DNA of 57,835 bases from assembly GCA_048938025.1 (NCBI GenBank), contig JBHLMP010000020.1, forward strand, positions 1 through 57,835. The letters are read 5' to 3'. This document shows positions 50,294 to 57,835 of this stretch, in pieces (within the stretch, counting starts at the first letter, position 1; every line of letters starts with the position of its first letter). The notes beneath the pieces are model-generated. The model searched no databases, had not been told where the DNA came from, and saw only the letters and a list, made by a program, of their open reading frames with translations. Source of the DNA: Promethearchaeota archaeon. GTDB lineage: Archaea; Asgardarchaeota; Lokiarchaeia; Sigyniarchaeales; SOKP01. Position numbers and translations under genes: made by a program.

Positions 50294-50487
50294 TTAGTAC
50301 AATATCTGCTTTTTACTAATTTTAAAGCTACTTTGATTTGTCAAATTGTAAAAATTCTAAACGAGCAGTCTAAATAATTTACAATCTTGTCTATACTCTA
50401 ATAAAAAATCAAAAATTAATAAGCAAAGCTATGAAATATTAATAATACACATAAACTTAATTATTAAATTAAAAGGTGTTGTTTTAA

Positions 50488-52185
50488 ATGAGTAAAGAAA
50501 AATTTTGGATTAAATCTTATGACGATCATGTACCACCAACGTTAACATATCCAACAGAGGATCTTGGAACTATTTTAACTAAAACAATGGAAAAATTTGC
50601 AGATAAAGTCGGTTTTTATTTCATGGAACGTACTTTTCTTTTTGGAGAAATACTAGAATATTCTCAGAAACTTGCAACTTTTTTACAAAAAAATGGCTTT
50701 AAAAAAGGTGATATATTAGCAATTTGCTTGCCAAATTCTCCACAATATTTATTTTCTGCTTATGCTACTTATATAGCGGGGGGGACTGTCACAGGTTGTT
50801 CACCATTATTAAGTGCCGATGAAATAGCATATCAAATGAGTGATTCAGGGGCAAAATTTTTAGTGACTATGGATATACTTTATGAAAAAGTCTTTTCAAA
50901 GATTTTAGATGGGTTACCAAATATTAAAGTAATCATACCTACAAATATTTCAGAATTTATGGGTTTTGGCGGTTTTAAAGTATTCATGGGAAAATTACTT
51001 AAGAAGATTCCAAAAGGTAAAATTGAACCTTGGCCCGGTAAAACAGTTGTCCCATTTCTAGAAGCAATTGATATTAATATTGATTTAAAGAAGGTTAGTG
51101 TTGATCCAAAAAATGATTTAGCCCTCATTCAGTATACTGGTGGAACCACAGGACGCCCGAAAGGAACGAGAATTGTACATTCTAATTTAGTATCAAATTG
51201 TCATCAATTTGATGTCTGGGTCAATAGAGACAAAGGAAAAGAAATAGTGCTTTCAGCCTTTCCTTTCTTTCATATAGCAGGATATTTTATTGGGCTTTTT
51301 TTAAATTATATTGGAGGAGCACAAGTCTTAATAGCTAACCCTAGAGACACTGATCATATAATAGCCGAGCTTATTGATAAGAAACCAACCAGTTTTGGAA
51401 ATGTTCCCACATTATTTTTAATGGTTCAAAAAAATCCTAAATCTAAGAAAATTCCTCCAGATGTCTTAGATAATATATCTTTATACGTAAGTGGTGCTGC
51501 TCCTTTTCCGCCAGAAGCAATAAGAGAATTTGAAAAGCAATTCCACACAGAAAATAAATTTGTTGAAGTTTATGGAATGACAGAAACGGCGGTACTTGCA
51601 ACAGTGAATCCTATGTTTGGTAAAAAAAAAATTGGGACCGTAGGATTGCCATTACCAGATACGGATATTAAATTAATAGATACAGAAACGGGAAAAGAAG
51701 TAGGACTCGGAGAACCTGGAGAAATTCTAATCAAAGGTCCTCAAGTAGCTAAAGGCTATCATAATAAACCTGATGAAACTGCTAAAGCTTTCGATAAAGA
51801 CGATTATATTCATACAGGTGATGTGGGAGTTTTTGATGAAGAAGGGTATTTAAAAATTGTCGATCGAACCAAGGATATGTTAATTGTTAGCGGATTTAAG
51901 GTTTATAGTGTTCACGTTGAAGAAGTCATGACAAAACACCCGGATATTAGCATAATCGCCATTATTGGAATTCCAAATCCAGAGCGACCTGGTGCTGAAA
52001 TCGTTAAAGCAGTTATACAATTAAAGGAGGGTGTTTCTGCTACTGAAGATGTAAAAAACAGTATTAAGAAATATGCTGAAGAAAATCTTTCAAAATATGA
52101 AGCCCCAAAAATTTGGGAATTCCGTGAAGAACTTCCGTTAACGCTTGTAGGAAAGGTCTTAAAGAAAGCATTAAGGGAGGAATAA
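50488..52185 (+). CDS. fadD: Long-chain fatty acid--CoA ligase (AMP-binding family)
   Basis: QYTGGTTGRPKG, YGMTE, GEILIKGPQV, HTGD, DRTKDM and LP.T.VGKVLK motifs. Confidence 0.9.
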   Translation: MSKEKFWIKSYDDHVPPTLTYPTEDLGTILTKTMEKFADKVGFYFMERTFLFGEILEYSQKLATFLQKNGFKKGDILAICLPNSPQYLFSAYATYIAGGTVTGCSPLLSADEIAYQMSDSGAKFLVTMDILYEKVFSKILDGLPNIKVIIPTNISEFMGFGGFKVFMGKLLKKIPKGKIEPWPGKTVVPFLEAIDINIDLKKVSVDPKNDLALIQYTGGTTGRPKGTRIVHSNLVSNCHQFDVWVNRDKGKEIVLSAFPFFHIAGYFIGLFLNYIGGAQVLIANPRDTDHIIAELIDKKPTSFGNVPTLFLMVQKNPKSKKIPPDVLDNISLYVSGAAPFPPEAIREFEKQFHTENKFVEVYGMTETAVLATVNPMFGKKKIGTVGLPLPDTDIKLIDTETGKEVGLGEPGEILIKGPQVAKGYHNKPDETAKAFDKDDYIHTGDVGVFDEEGYLKIVDRTKDMLIVSGFKVYSVHVEEVMTKHPDISIIAIIGIPNPERPGAEIVKAVIQLKEGVSATEDVKNSIKKYAEENLSKYEAPKIWEFREELPLTLVGKVLKKALREE

Positions 52186-52265
52186 TTCCGAGAATTTTTA
52201 ATTTTTGAATATTTTTTTTAAAAATTTTTTTAAAAATTTTATATTCATAATCAATAGCTTTTATT

Positions 52266-53984
52266 TTAAGAGTAGTTCTTTTTGACTTCTTTGATTACTA
52301 AATTGATCAAATCTTTAGCATTTTTTATTCCATAGAAGGTTACCTTATCAAATAAGCTTTTAAATTTATCTTTTGGAATTCTTGTCGACCCAATGAAAAA
52401 ACCAATAATATTATGTCCTTTTTGAGCTAAGTCCAACATTATTTTCTTTGTATTGCTCCAATTATATATACCAAAATCAGTTATGATAAAAACAAGTACA
52501 TTTCTATCAGCTTTAGCACATTGTTCTGCTATTTGTTTTATGGGTAAAAATGTTCCACCTCCCTGATATCTTAGTAAGGTACGTTCAGCTTTTTTATAGT
52601 CTGCTGTCCATTGGCAGATATCTGCTCGATTTGAAAAATTAATTACACTAAATTTTGCACCCTTACTTGCTGCATAATGAAGTGAAGCAAATGAAGCTAC
52701 TAGAGCAGTATGATAAGGTCCTTTACCTCTATCTGTTCTTGAAGTATAATTCCAACCCATAGAACCAGAAGAATCCAAAACAATTAATAAGTCAGGGATT
52801 TGTTGTTCGACGAGTTGTCCTGGTCCTTCTCTAAATGCCCATTTTCTAGTAGTCATATTCGGAATAATAACAGGACTAGTTAGTAGAGTTTGTACAATAT
52901 CTAATTCTTCTAATCGGTCTCCAATTCTCCATACTTCAGGATAAATGGGTAATTGTCCTCCTGGTTTTTCCTCGTAAATTTTGATTTCTATGAGATTTTT
53001 AGCCAATCCTCTATACCAAGTTGCTACCGGATATCCATCTATCAATATCCCTGCTTGCCCTGCAGGAGCCCCAAATTCTGAAAAGGGGATATCTTTTGCG
53101 AATTCTTCTGCTTTAGTTCTTAAATCATCTTCATTGCCTTCTTTTAATTTATCTGAATTTTTATTCTCAAGAGGATTATCCATCACTTCTAAAATATCTT
53201 TAGGGATTTCGATCATCGCCCCTCCGGGGCTCCTCCTTTTTTCTTTCCCTTTACTTAAGATCCCACCTGTTCCAATTAAGGTAAAGGTATCTTGAATCAA
53301 ATTGTTTAAATAACTAGCAATTATACTTACTTTTTTCTCCCAAGTTGATTCATCCTCGAAATTTTTTAAAATAACTTTAGTAACTCTTTCTGCTAAGGAA
53401 TCCATTTCTTTAAGCGTATCATCATTTAAGATATCAACATCCCACATTCTTTCATAAGCTCGAAATAAAAATTTTGTGAAGTTACTAATTGAACCCTTTC
53501 TTTTAATATGTTTATAGGTGATTTTTAGCTCCCACATTATAATGCTAGGATATTTTTTGTATAATTTCGTATCAATTATTAAATCTGCAAAAATATTTAC
53601 AATAATTGGAGCATAATTCTGATTTACCTTTTCCATTGCTGCCCTAAGTAATTTTGCATTAATTAAACCATCATAGGGAATAATCTGATAATGTGAAACC
53701 TCATGGAGAGAGATAATATGGAAATAATCAATATATTCGTTGTCATCTTTTAAAATCGGTGTATTTGCAAGATTCATTGTTATTTGCCATTTATGTTCAG
53801 GATCTATATAAAAACCTTCTAAATGTGTATAATCAAATATATAGTTTGGGTCATTAAGAGGAGGATAATAAAATTCTGCTAAAGTTTTAGCCCAAGCTAT
53901 TTTAGCTAATTCAATTAATTTCTCTTGTTTTAATTCTAATCCTTTATTAATGAGTTTTGATTTAATTCGTTTAGATTGTGGCAT
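52266..53984 (-). CDS. vWA domain protein with N-terminal HExxH metallopeptidase-like domain
   Basis: LHEVSH...NIFADLIID; MIDAS DSSGSM, GGGT and ITD motifs. Confidence 0.85.
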   Translation of the reverse strand: MPQSKRIKSKLINKGLELKQEKLIELAKIAWAKTLAEFYYPPLNDPNYIFDYTHLEGFYIDPEHKWQITMNLANTPILKDDNEYIDYFHIISLHEVSHYQIIPYDGLINAKLLRAAMEKVNQNYAPIIVNIFADLIIDTKLYKKYPSIIMWELKITYKHIKRKGSISNFTKFLFRAYERMWDVDILNDDTLKEMDSLAERVTKVILKNFEDESTWEKKVSIIASYLNNLIQDTFTLIGTGGILSKGKEKRRSPGGAMIEIPKDILEVMDNPLENKNSDKLKEGNEDDLRTKAEEFAKDIPFSEFGAPAGQAGILIDGYPVATWYRGLAKNLIEIKIYEEKPGGQLPIYPEVWRIGDRLEELDIVQTLLTSPVIIPNMTTRKWAFREGPGQLVEQQIPDLLIVLDSSGSMGWNYTSRTDRGKGPYHTALVASFASLHYAASKGAKFSVINFSNRADICQWTADYKKAERTLLRYQGGGTFLPIKQIAEQCAKADRNVLVFIITDFGIYNWSNTKKIMLDLAQKGHNIIGFFIGSTRIPKDKFKSLFDKVTFYGIKNAKDLINLVIKEVKKNYS

Positions 53985-54001
53985 ATTTCATACTTATATC
54001 T

Positions 54002-55729
54002 TTATTCTTGTTTTTGTATATAATCTAAATTATCTAGAATAGATCTTAATTTTAAAGCATCTGATCCTCCAGAAATTTGAATATTTACAAGTGAATCATC
54101 ATTAGTTCCAGTAACATTGATTTCAATTAATATATCTTCAGTTCTAATCTGTTTTGTCTGTCTTTGATTAAATGCTTCTCTTATTGGTTGATCTAAATTT
54201 GAAAATTCAGACGCAATGTCTGCCCATAACTCTTTCCAATAAGAATATTTAATAATATAATCAGTTACAGTTTGTTTATATAGTTCTCTATTACACCATT
54301 CAATTAAATCGCCTCTATTTGGAAAATCAATATTTTCCATCAGAGTATTTCTGATTTCCGCAAGGTTATCAATATCCCCCTTTTTAGCAGCATCATTAAT
54401 TTGTCGAGCAAGGGGAGGATATGTTTTATTATTAACTGAATTAACAAATGGAATTAAATCAAATTTAACTATTAAATCATTTTTCTCAAATTTTTTTAAC
54501 TCAATGAGATCATTTTCTTTAGGGCTCCCTTTTCGATATCTTTCAGTAATTTGATAACAGATCTCACGATTTTTATATCGCTTTTGAATAAAACTTAAAA
54601 TATTATTAGTGAATTCGAATTTGTTTCCATAATATGGAGGTTTATCCAATTCTCGTTTAACATATTCTACCCTATGTGAAATAACATATGGAGCAATAGT
54701 ATTAACAACATTAATATCAACTATAGGTAAATTTAGTAACCATGCAACTGCCTTTGAATATCGAAGGAGATCTTTAGCTACTCTAACACTTAAAATCGAA
54801 TCTATTTTATTACAAATATTTTGAACTGTGTTAAAATGACATCCTGAGCATAATCCTGCGCTAGGTTTAAGATCTTCAGTATTACCCTTATCAACTCGAG
54901 CACATAATGTAAATTCTCTAATTATTGCATGTATATAATTATTAACTTCAGATGAGAATGATAATCTATTGACATAATACCAAATTTCCATAAGATCGTC
55001 AATTGTTAAAACTTTTGGTACTTGAGTAAGTTCATCCCATCCGCTATATTTCTCATCTTTTCCAGATAAAATTAACTGCAGATCATGACTCGCAGGCATA
55101 GAAATTGGAACGGATATGCCAAATCTATCTAAAAATGGTTGTGATAATTCAAATGTACCAACATCATGAGGATTTATCGTAGAAAATAAACAAAATTTAT
55201 TAACTGATGTGATAGAATCATAATACTTAACAGTTCCTTCAGCAAGCAGAGAAAGTAATATATCTTGAGCATATGGTGTAAGACGATTTACCTCATCAAT
55301 AATTTTCCAGAAGTTTGTGACAAATTGTCGCCATACTACTTCTTCCTCTCCATCTTTCATTAACTTCCCTAGCTTTAATGTACCTATAAGTTTCTCTTCA
55401 GTTAATTGAGGATGACCTCTTATAATTGAGTTCTCGATTTCATTAAGGGAATAGGCAGTAAACATTCTTCCTAATAATTTTACTAATGTAGTCTTACCTC
55501 CACCATGACCACCAATTAATAACATAGCAGAATTGGGTACTAACGCATTTATTACACATAATGATAATATTTCCGGTAAAACTCGAGTTTTTACTTTTTT
55601 GCCCTTCTCATCATAATGTTTAATCGTTATATCCTTATAATGTACAAATAATTGATTTGCTTGAATTAGATTGATAATTCTCCAAACTTTTTTCCTGAGT
55701 TGGTCTTCTTCTCCTAAATTTGTCGACAT
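54002..55729 (-). CDS. MoxR-like AAA+ ATPase
   Basis: Walker A GGHGGGKTT, Walker B IIDEVNR, STINP.D.GTF and FLDRF motifs; upstream of the vWA gene. Confidence 0.85.
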   Translation of the reverse strand: MSTNLGEEDQLRKKVWRIINLIQANQLFVHYKDITIKHYDEKGKKVKTRVLPEILSLCVINALVPNSAMLLIGGHGGGKTTLVKLLGRMFTAYSLNEIENSIIRGHPQLTEEKLIGTLKLGKLMKDGEEEVVWRQFVTNFWKIIDEVNRLTPYAQDILLSLLAEGTVKYYDSITSVNKFCLFSTINPHDVGTFELSQPFLDRFGISVPISMPASHDLQLILSGKDEKYSGWDELTQVPKVLTIDDLMEIWYYVNRLSFSSEVNNYIHAIIREFTLCARVDKGNTEDLKPSAGLCSGCHFNTVQNICNKIDSILSVRVAKDLLRYSKAVAWLLNLPIVDINVVNTIAPYVISHRVEYVKRELDKPPYYGNKFEFTNNILSFIQKRYKNREICYQITERYRKGSPKENDLIELKKFEKNDLIVKFDLIPFVNSVNNKTYPPLARQINDAAKKGDIDNLAEIRNTLMENIDFPNRGDLIEWCNRELYKQTVTDYIIKYSYWKELWADIASEFSNLDQPIREAFNQRQTKQIRTEDILIEINVTGTNDDSLVNIQISGGSDALKLRSILDNLDYIQKQE

Positions 55730-56078
55730 ACTGATTGTTCTCTTCAGATTTTCAATATTAAATAAAAATCAGTTCAATTATTTAATTTTATTCATTCCCA
55801 TATTATTGTTTTAATAGTTTAAGAGGTAAAGGTTAAGAATATGGAAAATTTCTTAACTCTAAATCAATAAGTTCATTTAAATGCTCAATAATATAATCTG
55901 GATGGACATCTCATTTTTTGTAATGTTAATAAAATTGCCTATATAGAAAATGTATAAATAAAATGAGGAAAAGAAAATATCTTCTTATGATAAAAAGCTT
56001 TTATATAATAATTACCTAATTTACTAAATTAAGCTAAATCTAAAATATGATTTTAAAAAGAAGTTATATCAATCTTAA

Positions 56079-57835
56079 ATGTCATCTAAAGATTTAAAAC
56101 GAGCAGAAATCCTTATAAAAGAAGGAAAGTTTAATGAAGCTCAAATAGCTTTAAACGAAATTGAACAAAAAGGCGATTTATCTTCATCTGATTTGCTTTC
56201 TTTTTATCTTTTTAAAGGCTCCATTCTAAATATCGTAGGGAGTTATTCTAATGCTCGTAAATATGGTGAACTGGCGTATCGAAAAAGTCAAGAATTAATG
56301 AGAAAACTTCAATCAATAGATGCACTACTAATTATGGCTTATGCTTTAACACATATGGGGGATATAGAAAAAGGTATGGATGTAATAGTACAATGTGAAG
56401 AATTATTGAAAACTCTTAAAGTAGAAGATCAAAGAGAAATCACTAAGAGAAAGGGAGCTTTAGCAGCATATAAAGGTTTAGCTTATTTTTTTATGAGTAA
56501 ACCTGAATTATCACTGAATAATGTGCTATTGAGCTTAAAACTACGCGAGGAAGTTGGTGATAAAAATGAGATTGCTCAGAGTCTTATGATGTTGGGAACG
56601 GGTTATCTCTATCTTGAAGGTAATTTTGAAGAGTCTTTAAAGTATTCAGAGCGTTGTCAGGGGATGGCAGATGAGGTTACCGACAGAACTATTATGGCAT
56701 ATAACTTAATTAATCTTGGAAGTATATCTCTTATGAAGGGAGATTTAAAACAGAGTTTGGATGAATATCACCAAGCTTTAGAGATACTTGAAGAATTTAA
56801 CAATATGCAATATATTGGAGCCTGTCTAAACAATATTGGAGAAATATATCGAAAACAGGGCAAAATTCATGAAGCTTTAAAATATTATGATGAAGCCCTA
56901 ACTTTGACTGAAAAAATTGGAAATGTATGGATGATTTCCACCCAGCTAAATAATTTGCTTTTATTGGCTTTAGAGATAGGCGATATTAAGTTAGCAAAAG
57001 ATTACTTAGGACGTATGGAGAAGCTAAGTAATCAATCAGAAAGTAAAAGGGTTAAAGGAAATTATCAGTTATGTAAAGCATTAATTTTAAAAACGAGTCC
57101 AAGAGCACATAATCGATCAGAATCAGAAGAAATCTTAAGAAATATTGTAAATGAGGAAATGGTTGATTTCGAATTAACTACAGATGCTCTTATTAATCTT
57201 TGCGATCTTCTCCTTATTGAATTGAAAATTACTAACGATCCTGAATTGTTAGAAGAAATACAAAACTTTATAACCCAATTATTAAATATTAGTGAAAGTC
57301 AAAATTCTTATTTTCTTTTAGCTGAAACCTACTTACTACAATCTCAAATCTCACTTTTAACTCTTGAAATAAAAAAAGCTCAGCGTTACTTAATACAAGC
57401 CCAACAAATAGCCGAAAGATTTAATCTCAATCACTTAAAGGAAAAAATTGCCTATCAAAATGAAGATTTACAAAGAAACTTAAATTTATGGGACAAATTA
57501 AAAGAAGTTGGAGCACCTCTGGCGGATCGTTTGGAACTAGCTCGTTTAGAAGAACAAATTGGAGGAATGCTTCAAAGTCGTTCTGTATTAACAAGTCAAG
57601 TTAAAGAAGAAGAAGTGACAATTCAAAAAGAAAAGAAAATCTGCTTAGTATGTAGAGGCGTAGTGTTAAGATTCTCATATATATGTGAGTGTGGAGCAAT
57701 ATATTGCGAAGATTGTGCACGAGCAGTATCTAATTTGGAAAATGTCTGTTGGGCTTGTGAAACTGCAATTGATTATAATAAACCTGTCAAACAATTTAAA
57801 GAAGAACAAGAAGGTGCAAAATTCAAAGATAAAGG
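56079..57835 (+). CDS. TPR protein with C-terminal eight-Cys RING-like zinc finger; runs off the window end (not in ORF track)
   Basis: ATG 56079 MSSKDLKRAEILIKEGKFNEA..., TPR-like repeats; the same frame at 57642-57758 reads CLVC-x10-CEC-x4-CEDC-x10-CWAC; both ends hand-translated, middle not fully checked. Confidence 0.8.
   Translation, partial: MSSKDLKRAEILIKEGKFNEAQIALNEIEQKGDLSSSDLLSFYLFKGSILNIVGSYSNARKYGELAYRKSQELMRKLQSIDALLIMAYALTHMGDIEKGMDVIVQCEELLKTLKVEDQREITKRKGALAAYKGLAYFFMSKPELSLNNVLLSLKLREEVGDKNEIAQSLMMLGTGYLYLEGNFEESLKYSERCQGMADEVTDRTIMAYNLINLGSISLMKGDLKQSLDEYHQALEILEEFNNMQYIGACLNNIGEIYRKQGKIHEALKYYDEALTLTEKIGNVWMISTQLNNLLLLALEIGDIKLAKDYLGRMEKLSNQSESKRVKGNYQLCKALILKTSPRAHNRSESEEILRNIVNEEMVDFELTTDALINLCDLLLIELKITNDPELLEEIQNFITQLLNISESQNSYFLLAETYLLQSQISLLTLEIKKAQRYLIQAQQIAERFNLNHLKEKIAYQNEDLQRNLNLWDKLKEVGAPLADRLELARLEEQIGGMLQSRSVLTSQVKEEEVTIQKEKKICLVCRGVVLRFSYICECGAIYCEDCARAVSNLENVCWACETAIDYNKPVKQFKEEQEGAKFKDK

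Noticed and set aside
52190-52245. T/A-run palindromes between the convergent fadD and vWA genes
   Set aside because: Low-complexity oligo-T/oligo-A tracts typical of archaeal terminator regions; not distinctive.
508-53295. Many short antisense or overlapping track ORFs (e.g. 508..792, 2575..2823, 7667..7924, 31643..31879, 46813..47154, 52981..53295)
   Set aside because: They overlap well-supported genes on the opposite strand or in another frame and carry no motifs; shadow ORFs.

Overview
AT-rich, densely coding archaeal chromosomal window. The gene content (Roadblock, longin/DENN-like, JAB/MPN, long TPR proteins, HdrBC, MA1821/1822-type homocysteine synthase, AGGTGA ribosome-binding sites, many TTG starts) points to an Asgard archaeon, most likely Lokiarchaeia; this is inferred from content, not from a search. 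I saw no rRNA, tRNA, CRISPR array or transposase. The main finding is a JAB/MPN metalloprotease gene (20013-20997, minus strand) interrupted inside its catalytic JAMM motif by 31 nt that fold into a bulge-helix-bulge (BHB). Cutting at the canonical BHB positions restores the reading frame and the motif spacing seen in two neighbouring paralogs, so this is a candidate archaeal-type mRNA intron. Other points of interest: an MPN+/MPN- coiled-coil gene pair, three genes that seem to start at ATT/ATA, a Cys/His repeat fused twice to CopA and also encoded alone, two unannotated acidic micro-ORFs divergent from a methyltransferase-ATP-grasp fusion, a predicted three-way-junction RNA upstream of a beta-CASP nuclease, a SIR2-TPR protein and a TPR-RING-like protein.
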